Assembly: GCA_964398865.1 (NCBI GenBank)
Contig: CAYNOO010000001.1
Coordinates: forward strand, 43,661 to 107,660
Source: an uncultured Candidatus Saccharibacteria bacterium
Lineage (GTDB): Bacteria; Patescibacteriota; Minisyncoccia; Phycocordibacterales; Phycocordibacteraceae
DNA: 64,000 bases
Direction: 5' to 3'
Below, one piece after another: positions 1 through 8,973 of this stretch. The notes beneath the pieces are model-generated. The model saw only the letters and a list, made by a program, of their open reading frames with translations, was not told where the DNA came from and did not search any database. The translations under genes were made by a program, and so were the position numbers. Position 1 is the stretch's first letter. The number at the start of each line of letters is the position of its first letter.

Positions 1-232
1 TTTTGCAGCTGCATCCTGAGCCTGCGCGGAGGTATCAGCATCTTCAGAGATGGTGAATGAGATCGTCGCAATGTCAGGAGCGGCAGATACCTTTCCTTCC
101 CCTGTCACCGTGATGACATTCGAAGGCGGCACCGAGACAGCGTCGAAATTAACGATAGCATTCACTGCTTTGGCGCCAACAAAAATCGTTGCGACCAAAA
201 GAAAGACAGCGAATAATTTCATAACGAGACGG
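1..232 (-). CDS. SIMPL/DUF541-family secreted protein, N-terminal part; gene continues past window start
   Basis: The reverse strand reads MKLFAVFLLVATIFVGAKAVNA (signal peptide), then ITVTGEGKVSAAPDIATISFTI, which is typical of SIMPL-domain proteins. The gene is truncated at the window edge and is not in the ORF track. Confidence 0.4.
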
Positions 233-423
233 CTCTTCAAGAGACCGTGGTGGTGAGGATGGTCATGCATGTCTTTATGTTCGTCCATAGAAAATATATT
301 TAATGTTATGAACCCAGTATACCACTGGGCTCTTTTATAAAGCTTTTAATGATTGCCTCATTAAGACGGGGCTCCTCCTTCCCTCTTACGGATACAGCGA
401 CTAGCTAAAACAGTAGTGAGGCT

Positions 424-1158
424 TTAGATGCTTGCCAATTGAATGACTAGGAACAGCATTACCATTCCGGCAATGGTCATCGCCGTGGTGAGAAAGCGCG
501 GATGAGCATGGTGACTTTCCGGTATTAAATCAGAAGCTCCGATATAGAGGAAAAAACCGCTAAAGATAGCAAGAATTATAGAGAGTGAGCTCTCTGGGAG
601 AACAAAAAACATTGTAGATAAAACCCCAAACACCGGCGCTATAGCGTCTATGAGCAGAAACTTCTTTGCGAAAGCGTTGCTGCCTCCGTTTTTCAAAACC
701 ATGTTTACCGTATTGATGCCATCGGAAAAATCGTGTGCCAAGACTGCTAGTGCAACCACTGCGCCAACTGCTAAAGAAGCCTGAAACGCGATACCAATTG
801 CCACTCCATCGAGAAAACTGTGGAAAGCGAGACTGCCCGCGCCTAAGAAACCCCTATTCACGCTACTACCTCTTGCATGTCCTTCTTCCGGTTCGTCTGA
901 GTGAGAGTGTAAGAAGATAAGACGATCAAGAACGAGATAGAGAAGAAATCCTAAGGCAGATGCGCCAATAATGGTTGCGTTGGAATGAAACTGCCCACCA
1001 AGCTCGAGGGCTTCGGGCAACAAATCAAAAAAAGCAACAGCGACTACCGCGCCTGCTGAAAAGCCGAGAACAAGATGGAGCTTATCCTTGAGTTTGAGCG
1101 CAAAAACACCTCCGACAAGCGTTGAGAGAAATGCGGCGAAAGAAATCAGCAATACCAT
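424..1158 (-). CDS. zupT: ZIP family metal (zinc) transporter
   Basis: 244 aa, polytopic membrane protein. Contains the ZIP signatures HSFLDGVAIG and HDFSDG and a His-rich loop. Confidence 0.75.
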   Translation of the reverse strand: MVLLISFAAFLSTLVGGVFALKLKDKLHLVLGFSAGAVVAVAFFDLLPEALELGGQFHSNATIIGASALGFLLYLVLDRLIFLHSHSDEPEEGHARGSSVNRGFLGAGSLAFHSFLDGVAIGIAFQASLAVGAVVALAVLAHDFSDGINTVNMVLKNGGSNAFAKKFLLIDAIAPVFGVLSTMFFVLPESSLSIILAIFSGFFLYIGASDLIPESHHAHPRFLTTAMTIAGMVMLFLVIQLASI

Positions 1159-1211
1159 AGAGTTTTAGACTTCTGTAAGTGTAACGCGAAACCCCGTGTG
1201 CTGCTCAGTAA

Positions 1212-1817
1212 TCACAAAGAGGTATTCGCGTACTGAATGTTTTTACGCAAGACGGGCATCACGTGCCCTGACCCGTATTCAAAACGAGGGATTGGTATGG
1301 AAGAATGTACCTGCCACGAACGCCCTTCTTTTTTCAGAATGGTGATACTGTCGAAAACGGATTCAAAGTGGGGACGGAGGACCTTCAGTTCTCGCCAGAT
1401 TCTTCTAAATTGCCGTCGATTCAAAAAGCGCGCGACAGAGGCATGAAGTTTGTTTCCTTCAAGAGGTCCGACCGGCATCCAAGAGATATTGGTATTGAGC
1501 ATCTGAATTGCACGGCGCACTAATGCGACAACTTCCGCGCTCTTGTATACATCCATGTAAATAGTGCGGAAGCCAAAACGCCCAAATCCATCAAAGACAA
1601 GCGGTACTGCGTGCTCATGATGCGCGAACGAGCGGAGAGCACGCTCAACTTCCTTGATGCCCGGCTCATCCGTCTCGAAAGGCGGCTTGATGGTAATGTG
1701 CGGCGGAATACGGTCATGGAGAGGAGTGATGCGATGTCGTAGCGTGAGTTCACGAGTCACGCTCGCATGATAGGCTTCTGCGTCCCCCGAAAGGAGATGG
1801 GCAACGAAGTACTTCAC
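1212..1817 (-). CDS. 2H phosphoesterase superfamily protein (LigT/ThpR-like)
   Basis: Two H-x-T/S-x motifs (HASV and HITI) spaced as in LigT-like RNA 2',3'-cyclic phosphodiesterases. The longest ORF (to 1958) overlaps the upstream gene, so a GTG start near 1817 is more likely. Confidence 0.35.
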   Translation of the reverse strand: MKYFVAHLLSGDAEAYHASVTRELTLRHRITPLHDRIPPHITIKPPFETDEPGIKEVERALRSFAHHEHAVPLVFDGFGRFGFRTIYMDVYKSAEVVALVRRAIQMLNTNISWMPVGPLEGNKLHASVARFLNRRQFRRIWRELKVLRPHFESVFDSITILKKEGRSWQVHSSIPIPRFEYGSGHVMPVLRKNIQYANTSL

Positions 1818-1866
1818 TAGCCCTAGTATACCAAATGCTCTCCCGAGAAAATGCCTTGCGCGGCAA

Positions 1867-2865
1867 TTAGAATTTTTTCTTATTGAAACGAAGTGACGAA
1901 TAGTATGCCGCGACGACGAATACGAGACCGATAGTTCCGGTAATGATTTCAGGAACATGAGTAAGTAAGCTCACGAGCATACTTACTGCAAGCCCGAATA
2001 TCGCCCAGTGTGCGCCATGTTCTAAAAACACGAGCGTATCGAGAGTTCTCTTCCTTACCATGAATATAGTGAGGGAGCGCACAAAATAAGCGCCGATACC
2101 TAACCCCACTGCAATAACCGGCAACGCCGTAGTGAGTGCAAATGCACCGACGACCCCGTCGAGTGAAAACGCGGTGTCGAGAACTTCAAGATAAAAGAAT
2201 AACGCGAGACTGCCCGAGACACCGGTTTTTGCCTCGATGGAAAACGCGCTCGTTATCGCCTCCATTGCAATAAATACAATGACTCCGATAATCCCTGCCG
2301 AGAGCACCTGAATCTGTTCCGCAACAGGAACAAAAAAGGAAACAGCGACTACCGAAATAAGCGCGAGCATAATTTCAAGAGCCTCTATTCTCCCCCAAAG
2401 CGATAGGTACTTCTCGATAAAACGAATCCAGTGCCGCGTTTTGTTACTGTCTAGAAAATATTTCAACGCGACGAGCATGAGAAATACGGCGCCGAACGAA
2501 TGTATAGCAGGAGCAGCGCTCTCTAAAAGCTTTCCGTAATGGGTGGGGTCAAAAAGCGCAATGGTGCCAATAAGCCATGGTGAGATGCCCACGACGAGGG
2601 AAACGATGAGCACGGGCAGGACGATACGCGTACCAAATACTGCAATAAAAATGCCCCACGTAAGAAAACGCCGCTGCCACTTCGCATTCATCTTCGTGAG
2701 CACCTTCGCGTTTACCACCGCGTTGTCGAACGAAAGTGTCACTTCCAAGATGACGAGAAGCACGGCAGTGAATAGCGCTGCTGTTCCGAGATAGTAGTAC
2801 ACGAGCCCAAGCCCCACGACAGAGATGAGCGCCGACACTCCGAAAAATTTTGCAATCGTCTCCAT
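1867..2865 (-). CDS. TerC/DUF475-like integral membrane protein
   Basis: 332 aa, multi-pass membrane protein with paired SFDNAVV and SLDGVVG motifs typical of this family. Confidence 0.45.
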   Translation of the reverse strand: METIAKFFGVSALISVVGLGLVYYYLGTAALFTAVLLVILEVTLSFDNAVVNAKVLTKMNAKWQRRFLTWGIFIAVFGTRIVLPVLIVSLVVGISPWLIGTIALFDPTHYGKLLESAAPAIHSFGAVFLMLVALKYFLDSNKTRHWIRFIEKYLSLWGRIEALEIMLALISVVAVSFFVPVAEQIQVLSAGIIGVIVFIAMEAITSAFSIEAKTGVSGSLALFFYLEVLDTAFSLDGVVGAFALTTALPVIAVGLGIGAYFVRSLTIFMVRKRTLDTLVFLEHGAHWAIFGLAVSMLVSLLTHVPEIITGTIGLVFVVAAYYSSLRFNKKKF

Positions 2866-2893
2866 GCAATACGTCTAGAAAAAGGTTTCTCTA

Positions 2894-3910
2894 TCAGATT
2901 GCCCCCTTATCCTCAGAAAAATAAATACGGGAGCGAGAAATTCCGAAGGCTTTCAGGCGTGTGATAAGAAAATGCTTCATTTCTTTTTCTCCTTTAAATC
3001 TTTTCACTTTCCCGTCAAGCAATACCGCCCACTGCCCCACGTCCCGCATCACGTCAGTCTTATTGAACACGAGATGCGTGACGCCATTCATGCGCACTGC
3101 CTGCTCTATAAGGTTCAAGTTCATCCAGTTGCACTGTCGCGGACGACCTGTTGTTGAGCCATACTCTTCACCGACGCGGCGGAGTTCCTCAAACACCGGA
3201 TCTTTCGGTTCGAATTTCTTCGTGCCTACATAGGTTTCATACATCTTGGCAACACCCCACACGTGCCGTACTGATTGCGGTGGCAAACCGTTCAAGAGTG
3301 CGCCTGCGACGGTGCAATGGCTAGAAGTGACGAACGGATAGTCTCCCCAATCAATATCAAGTCCGAAACCTTGCGCACCCTCCCCGAGAATGACCACGTC
3401 TTTTTTATTGTAGAATTCTTCGTAGAGATCAATGAGGTAGGGTTTCAAGGCTTTTACATGCTCGGCGCGTACACCGGTGCGGGCATACTTGTCACGATAC
3501 GCGGGACCATTCCCCCTCTTTGTGGTGCCGATTGCGACATCCACTGAATCCTCGTCTCGATGCGCGGCAGTGATAACGTGCGTGTTTTTCGCAACAAAAA
3601 GCTTGCCCTTTGTCTTGATGCCGCCTGCTTCAAGCATCTTTATCTCCTTCAAAAACTGAATGGGATCGATGACACAACCAGGACCTATGATTGAACGAAC
3701 TCCCCAAAAGACGCCCGCAGGAACGTGATGGGTTATGAACTTCTTTCCTTTATGAAAAATAGTATGCCCGGCGTTACAGCCTCCGTTATACCGAAGTACA
3801 TGCGTATATTTTTTCGTCTTACACAAAAAATGAGCTACTTTGCCCTTACCTGAATCGCCGTACTGTAAATCAACAATAATATCAGTCTCCACGTTGCAAA
3901 ATGGTATCAC
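2894..3910 (-). CDS. purA: adenylosuccinate synthetase, short archaeal-type
   Basis: QYGDSGKGK P-loop, GGCNAGHT and TTGRPRQ motifs. Length of 338 aa matches short-form PurA. Confidence 0.88.
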   Translation of the reverse strand: MIPFCNVETDIIVDLQYGDSGKGKVAHFLCKTKKYTHVLRYNGGCNAGHTIFHKGKKFITHHVPAGVFWGVRSIIGPGCVIDPIQFLKEIKMLEAGGIKTKGKLFVAKNTHVITAAHRDEDSVDVAIGTTKRGNGPAYRDKYARTGVRAEHVKALKPYLIDLYEEFYNKKDVVILGEGAQGFGLDIDWGDYPFVTSSHCTVAGALLNGLPPQSVRHVWGVAKMYETYVGTKKFEPKDPVFEELRRVGEEYGSTTGRPRQCNWMNLNLIEQAVRMNGVTHLVFNKTDVMRDVGQWAVLLDGKVKRFKGEKEMKHFLITRLKAFGISRSRIYFSEDKGAI

Positions 3911-3931
3911 TCTTTGCCCGCTCGCGCGACT

Positions 3932-5020
3932 CTAGTCGAGGGTTTTCTCCAGAGTGCCCCAAGGAACAGAGACACGCTCCACTAAAAGATACGCCCGCCC
4001 GATAATGGCACCGTCTGCAGTTTCTACGGAAACTCGCCAGCGACCAGGTGCCGGGTTCTCAATGAACGAATACCCCCTGTACCCCTCATGCCTACCCCCA
4101 AGAATAGGAAACGCTACCCTATTCTTTACAACCCAATCACCAGACTCCGAGTCAAAAAACTCCCACTGATGCACAATGTCTGCTCCGAAATGTGCGGGAG
4201 CGAAAACGGATGTGTACGCATAGGCTGCCTCTCCAGAAGTGAGATGCAGCGTAGTATCGCCAAGATTGAGCAAGCGTTCAAGCAAGGTGTGCGTTTCGTC
4301 CGTGGCAGTGTAGGTATCCCCTGTTTTCGTTATCGAATGATAGAGCCCAACACTCTTAAGTGAAAGAGGGATAGGCGGTATCAAATGCGTTACATAGAGA
4401 GCAAGCAAAAGTCCTCCGACAATAAACGCACCTCCAGCGATACGACCAGTGTTCTCGGTGAACGTGTGCGGCACGATAAATGCTCCTGTAAGAAAAAAGA
4501 GAAGAAAAGTTCCGAATGATAAACCGAGACTCCAGAGAAACGTAGGGAGCCCCAAAGACCCGAATAAAATAGGAACGGCGAGCGCAAAGAAAAGCGTGAG
4601 GTTCAGAAAAAAAAGCGTCGTCTGAAAAGGTATGCGATATTTCTCCAAAGAAAATATTTCGTTTCCGACAGCGGCAAGTGCGACGAGAATGAGAAAAGGC
4701 CAGCTCGCGAAAAGCGATCCGCTTGAAAAATATAAGACTAAAAATGCAGACAGTAGGTTTCCTGCTGCGTACTGATGAACGATGGGAAGCCAGGTCTGCA
4801 CGCGCGATGTTTCCGATGATTTCGCACTCATTTGAGTTGCAAGAACAAGTATTGACCCGGCAACGATGACCAGATAGCCGGCAAGAATGATCTGACTCAG
4901 CTCAAGATTAATACTTCTGAATGTGATGATGTCAACGAGAAAGCCGAGCAGAAATGCTGCCGTAGCGAGATGACGTCGAGAACGATACAGGAAATCAAGG
5001 AAAATTTTTACTCGCGACAT
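3932..5020 (-). CDS. polytopic membrane protein with C-terminal soluble domain, function unknown
   Basis: 362 aa with about eight predicted TM helices over the first ~210 aa, followed by a ~150-aa hydrophilic domain. No catalytic motif recognised. Confidence 0.45.
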   Translation of the reverse strand: MSRVKIFLDFLYRSRRHLATAAFLLGFLVDIITFRSINLELSQIILAGYLVIVAGSILVLATQMSAKSSETSRVQTWLPIVHQYAAGNLLSAFLVLYFSSGSLFASWPFLILVALAAVGNEIFSLEKYRIPFQTTLFFLNLTLFFALAVPILFGSLGLPTFLWSLGLSFGTFLLFFLTGAFIVPHTFTENTGRIAGGAFIVGGLLLALYVTHLIPPIPLSLKSVGLYHSITKTGDTYTATDETHTLLERLLNLGDTTLHLTSGEAAYAYTSVFAPAHFGADIVHQWEFFDSESGDWVVKNRVAFPILGGRHEGYRGYSFIENPAPGRWRVSVETADGAIIGRAYLLVERVSVPWGTLEKTLD

Positions 5021-5268
5021 ATATTTCTACTAGAGAACAATAGCAGATTAGGTTCTGTAGCCGAACGTGTTTTGCGAACTTCATGGAAATCACATTCAGG
5101 CTTTGTAGTATCCCCAAGATGCACTGTAAGCATCTGCTAGGTCATACGGCTTAGTGAATGATGGCTGTAGCTGAATCTATTCCTGTATTAGTTATGGAAA
5201 AGATTCGGGGTCGCCTCGTCATCCCCAGCTTACAGACCCATCTCTTTATCTATCTAACTTCTTAACAT

Positions 5269-5964
5269 ATGGCTAAAACATTAAATGCACTTCAGCGAAA
5301 CGTGCTTGCGCTTGCAGCACTCCTCGCCCTTTCACTCATCGGCATACTATTCTTGCTTCCGGGTCAAGCGCACGCGGCATTCCTCGGCGGACAGTTGAGT
5401 CCTGGAGACAGCAATGCTGACGTGACAATATTGCAGACGTACCTTGCATCGGATCCAAGCATCTATCCCGAAGGATTGGTTACAGGATTCTACGGAACTC
5501 TTACCACAGCCGCAGTTGCGCGCTACCAGTGTGCAAACGAAATTGTTTGTACCGGAGACGCGGTAACGACCGGCTATGGTCGCGTCGGACCCAAAACTCT
5601 TGCGTCTATCAACGCACGTCTGAGTGGCGGATCCGTCGGAGCTTCGAGCGTCCCGTTCATCTCCTCGGTCGGCATCAGCACTGCTAAAAATAGCGCTACC
5701 ATCTCATGGAATACAAATGAGGCTACACAGGGTAAGGTGTACTACAGCACTTCCCCAATCTCGCTCAGTGAGGAGAACGGGGTGCCAGGCAGCGTAGGCG
5801 TTAGCGGCAGCATCGCTTTGATGGACTCAGCGTTCCGCTCATCGCAGAGCGTCACCGTGTCTGGTTTGCAAGCCAATACGCTCTACTACTATGTCATCTA
5901 CAGCAATAACGCAGCAGGAGGCGTGAGTGTGACATGGCCAAAGACGTTCACTACGACACCGTAA
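5269..5964 (+). CDS. secreted protein with peptidoglycan-binding (PG_binding_1-like) and fibronectin-III-like domains
   Basis: Signal peptide, then DVTILQTYLASD...GFYGTLTTAAVARYQ (PG-binding-like). The C-terminal part, SATISWNT...GLQANTLYYYVIYS, looks like an FN3 or purple-acid-phosphatase N-terminal domain. Confidence 0.55.
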   Translation: MAKTLNALQRNVLALAALLALSLIGILFLLPGQAHAAFLGGQLSPGDSNADVTILQTYLASDPSIYPEGLVTGFYGTLTTAAVARYQCANEIVCTGDAVTTGYGRVGPKTLASINARLSGGSVGASSVPFISSVGISTAKNSATISWNTNEATQGKVYYSTSPISLSEENGVPGSVGVSGSIALMDSAFRSSQSVTVSGLQANTLYYYVIYSNNAAGGVSVTWPKTFTTTP

Positions 5965-5994
5965 GCAAAAGCTTCTTCAGAAACTAGTGAATAT

Positions 5995-6028
5995 AAACCC
6001 CCGCTCTCACGAGCGGGGGTTTATATTT
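5995..6028 (+). terminator. rho-independent terminator
   Basis: aaacccccgctc tcacga gagcgggggttt hairpin followed by a T-rich tract. Confidence 0.65.
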
Positions 6029-6123
6029 TAGATACAGGGAATTGGGGTCAAGTTCCTAAGCTGGCAATGCTGGGTGCACTGCTCGAAGACTCCAGGTACA
6101 CTTCATTTGCCGCGCAACAAAAA

Positions 6124-6147
6124 GACCGACGAGACGTCGGCTTTTCT
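6124..6147. terminator. bidirectional hairpin terminator ending the tRNA-His/element transcript
   Basis: ccgacg-aga-cgtcgg stem, with an A-run on one side and a T-run on the other. Confidence 0.5.
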
Positions 6148-6160
6148 GTTGGTCATCAAA

Positions 6161-6302
6161 TGGGTGGCTACAGGGAATCGGCGTCAGCTCACTAAACTCG
6201 CAGACTCGTTAAGTGGCTCCTGCCCGGACTCGACCTTCGATTCTTTCGCTATCGCTTCAGAATCGGCTTCGCGGTCTCCGTCTTTCGATTCCCTGTAGCC
6301 AC
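6161..6302 (-). repeat. tRNA-trailer element copy 1: direct copy of the tRNA-His 3' end, 46-nt conserved core, inverted copy of the tRNA 3' end
   Basis: 6161-6180 is identical to 6351-6370 (the tRNA-His 3' end). 6286-6302 is its perfect reverse complement. The core at 6181-6226 recurs at 10913-10958 and, reverse-complemented, at 17943-17988. Confidence 0.7.
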
Positions 6303-6350
6303 GTCAAAAATATAGTCATCAAACGCGTACGCGTTTTCTTCTTTATTTTT

Positions 6351-6424
6351 GGGTGGCTACAGGGAATCGAACCCTGATCGAGAGCTCCACAAGCTCCAGT
6401 GTTAACCGTTACACCATAGCCACC
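6351..6424 (-). tRNA. tRNA-His (GTG)
   Basis: Manual fold: 8-bp acceptor stem with G-1, anticodon loop TTGTGGA, T-loop GGTTCGATTCC. Confidence 0.8.
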
Positions 6425-6460
6425 ATGTGCGAACAAACGATAGAAAATCGCTCATTCTAG

Positions 6461-6544
6461 TGCGCAGGAGAAGACTCGAACTTCCAAGCCCTTGCGGGCG
6501 CTACCACCTCAAGGTAGTGCGTCTACCAATTTCGCCACCTGCGC
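6461..6544 (-). tRNA. tRNA-Leu (GAG)
   Basis: Manual fold: acceptor GCGCAGG/CCTGCGC, anticodon stem-loop CTACC-TTGAGGT-GGTAG, long variable arm. Confidence 0.75.
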
Positions 6545-6596
6545 AGGTGTTCGTATTCTAAGTACTTTTCAACCTTTTGCAAACAAAAAAGAGGCT

Positions 6597-7166
6597 TTAC
6601 GCCTCTTTTGCTGCCTCCTTCTCTTCGTCGGTGACTGGCTCCGAAACTTCGATAGGTGCGTTATCGTTCGCAGCCGATGCTTCAGCTGCAGCTTTTTCTG
6701 CCGCGACTACTGCTTCCGCAGCAGCGGCATCTTCAAGTGCTTTTGCCTCGGCAGCGGATGCTGCTTCAGCCGCTTCGCGATCACTACCGGTAGTCAAAGA
6801 GACAAGTGTCATCTTGCGAAGCTGACGGCGCATCTCGCGCGAGACCTTATCACGGATGTAATAGAGCTTCGCACGACGTACCTTGGAACGACGCACAATA
6901 TCAATCTTATCTATCATCGGAGAGTAGAGCGGGAATATCTTCTCGACGCCGACGCCAGAGAGGGTCGCACGAACCGTGAAGGTAGCGCCAGCTTCAGTGC
7001 CGTGCTTTCGTGCGAGCACCAAGCCTTCGAACATCTGAATACGGGTCTTGCCCTTTTCCTGGATTTTCTGATGCACGCGAACGACGTCGCCAGCCCGAAT
7101 ATCAAGCTTTTTGCGCTCTTCTACGTTTACTGAAGAAATAGTTTTGAGATCAATTGCTACTGCCAT
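6597..7166 (-). CDS. rplS: 50S ribosomal protein L19 with Ala/Glu-rich C-terminal extension
   Basis: The VRVHQKIQEKGKTRIQMFEGLVLARKH...RRAKLYYIRD core matches L19. It is followed by about 75 aa of low-complexity A/E-rich tail. The start is probably at MAVAIDLK. Confidence 0.85.
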   Translation of the reverse strand: MAVAIDLKTISSVNVEERKKLDIRAGDVVRVHQKIQEKGKTRIQMFEGLVLARKHGTEAGATFTVRATLSGVGVEKIFPLYSPMIDKIDIVRRSKVRRAKLYYIRDKVSREMRRQLRKMTLVSLTTGSDREAAEAASAAEAKALEDAAAAEAVVAAEKAAAEASAANDNAPIEVSEPVTDEEKEAAKEA

Positions 7167-7212
7167 AGTGTCGAAAAATAACACGGGGGCGCTGTTTTAG
7201 CAACGGGGCGCC

Positions 7213-7935
7213 CTATTCCAGGGCTCCTAGCTCTTTTTCAGCATGAACAAAATCCGCTGGAAGAGGTGCCTCGAAAGTCCGCCGCTCTCCGCTTGGGAGA
7301 GTAAGTGTGAGTGACAGAGCATGGAGTGCAAGACGCTCAAAGCCAAGGGCATGCCCGCGCTTAGGCGCATACAGTGAGTCGCCAACTATAGGATGCTGCA
7401 GCGCTTTGAAATGCACTCGAATCTGATGCATCCTTCCAGTCTTCGGCTTCGCTTCCACGTACGAGAATCCTCCAGCCGCTTTCAATCTAGTCCAAGCAGT
7501 CAATGCATCTCTTAAGGGTGCCTTTGCCCCTCGCTCGGCTGAGCGGCGCCTGAAGTCAGTCTTTGAGCGACCGATGGGAAGCGCAATGATTCCATTTTCT
7601 TCTTTTAACTCCCCCCACAAGAATGCCCGATATGTTTTTTGTATCTCTCGCTCTTTGAATTGTTCTTTTAAAAAGAAAAAAGCCTTTTGATTCTTAGCGA
7701 GCACGATAACCCCTGAGGTTTGCTTATCGAGCCTGTGCACGATGCCAGGTCTATCAACGACCGTGCCGTTGGTGAGCACCAAAGGCTCCCCTACTCCCTG
7801 GGCTTTCGGGACACGCGCCATAAACCAATCAGCGAGAGTTTTTTCTTCTCTCTTGCCATCCCGATGAACCGACATGCCAGCGGGTTTACAGAGCACCATG
7901 ACGTCATCATCTTCAAAAATTATTTGCGGATTCAT
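7213..7935 (-). CDS. RluA-family pseudouridine synthase
   Basis: HRLDKQTSGVIVLAK catalytic-Asp motif, 240 aa. Confidence 0.8.
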   Translation of the reverse strand: MNPQIIFEDDDVMVLCKPAGMSVHRDGKREEKTLADWFMARVPKAQGVGEPLVLTNGTVVDRPGIVHRLDKQTSGVIVLAKNQKAFFFLKEQFKEREIQKTYRAFLWGELKEENGIIALPIGRSKTDFRRRSAERGAKAPLRDALTAWTRLKAAGGFSYVEAKPKTGRMHQIRVHFKALQHPIVGDSLYAPKRGHALGFERLALHALSLTLTLPSGERRTFEAPLPADFVHAEKELGALE

Positions 7936-7987
7936 ATGAAATAGCAGGAAGCGCCTGATACGTCTCTCTACAACCTACCACTTCTCC

Positions 7988-8665
7988 TTAAACCCCGCGT
8001 CGTCTTTCTCGGGAAGCGAATTCTGCAAGGATTGCATCGAACTCAGCTTTTTCAAAAGCTGGCCACTTGGTGTCAGTAAAAAAGAGCTCGCTATAGACCG
8101 ACTGCCATGTAAGAAAATTGGATAGACGTTTATCCCCTCCTGTGCGGATAATAAGATCGGGGTCGGAGAATTCTCCACCCCAGAGAGCCTTGCGGAATGC
8201 TTGCTCGTCCACGCTCGGGATTCCCTGAGCTAAGAGCGTATTAACTCCTACAACGATTTCAGCTCTTCCTCCATAAGACAGGGCAACAATAAGCGTTCCT
8301 TTTGCGCCACTCTTTGTGCGCTCTTCCAATTCAATCATTTTTTTCTGGAGACTCGAGGGGACTCGCTCGCGCTGACCTATGAATCGTATGCGAGCGCCCT
8401 TCTCCACAAGCTCATCAACCTCCGTACCAAAAGTGTTTTCGAAAAGCTTCATCAGGTAATCAATCTCTTCGGAAGTACGATTCCAATTTTCTGTCGAGAA
8501 TGCGTAGAGAATCAATTCCTTCACACCAACTTCTTGTATCCAAGAGACAAGCTCTTTTACTTTCTCAAGACCGCGTTTATGCCCCTCAAAGCTTGGGAGC
8601 CCATGCTCCCTCGCCCAACGGCGATTGCCGTCCATGATGATTCCGATTGATTGAATGGGTTTCAT
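7988..8665 (-). CDS. uppS: undecaprenyl diphosphate synthase (isoprenyl transferase)
   Basis: IIMDGNRRWA, ILYAFSTENW and the C-terminal RLSNFLTWQS motif. Confidence 0.9.
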   Translation of the reverse strand: MKPIQSIGIIMDGNRRWAREHGLPSFEGHKRGLEKVKELVSWIQEVGVKELILYAFSTENWNRTSEEIDYLMKLFENTFGTEVDELVEKGARIRFIGQRERVPSSLQKKMIELEERTKSGAKGTLIVALSYGGRAEIVVGVNTLLAQGIPSVDEQAFRKALWGGEFSDPDLIIRTGGDKRLSNFLTWQSVYSELFFTDTKWPAFEKAEFDAILAEFASRERRRGV

Positions 8666-8727
8666 GTAACTACGGATAGAGAAACTCGCGTGCGATCGTT
8701 ATAGTTTCCGACACAATACCTCACTTG

Positions 8728-8800
8728 TGGGCGATGCAGGACTCGAACCTGCGACATCTTCAGTGTAAATGAAGCGCTCTACCAACTGAGCTAATCGCCC
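8728..8800 (-). tRNA. tRNA-Val (TAC)
   Basis: Manual fold: GGGCGAT acceptor, anticodon loop TTTACAC, encoded CCA. Confidence 0.8.
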
Positions 8801-8973
8801 ATTTTCTTATTATGCCCTCAAACCAGGGTTTGTGTAAATGAAACGACTATCCGCACCAAAAATAAACGCATCTGGTACTATAGCCTCATGATTCACAACA
8901 GCCGCAGAAAAAGTTGGTCTGGGTTTAATTAAGGTATTCTGCACGCTCGCATTCCGCGAGTATATTTTATTTA

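Noticed and set aside
5040-5268. 230-bp divergent intergenic region with short inverted repeats (tagcagat / atctgcta, and ggggtcgcctcgtcatcccc)
   Set aside because: The repeats are short and I could not match any known riboswitch or ncRNA class. Most likely two divergent promoters.
6492-7133. 213-aa plus-strand ORF and the 82-aa ORF at 6577-6825
   Set aside because: They overlap tRNA-Leu and run antisense to the clearly conserved rplS gene. Low-complexity GC-rich antisense translation.
8810-8973. Possible preQ1 riboswitch upstream of the YhhQ-family transporter gene
   Set aside because: I looked for the preQ1-I hairpin plus A-rich tail (and preQ1-II features) and could not find a convincing match by eye. 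A covariance-model scan would be needed.
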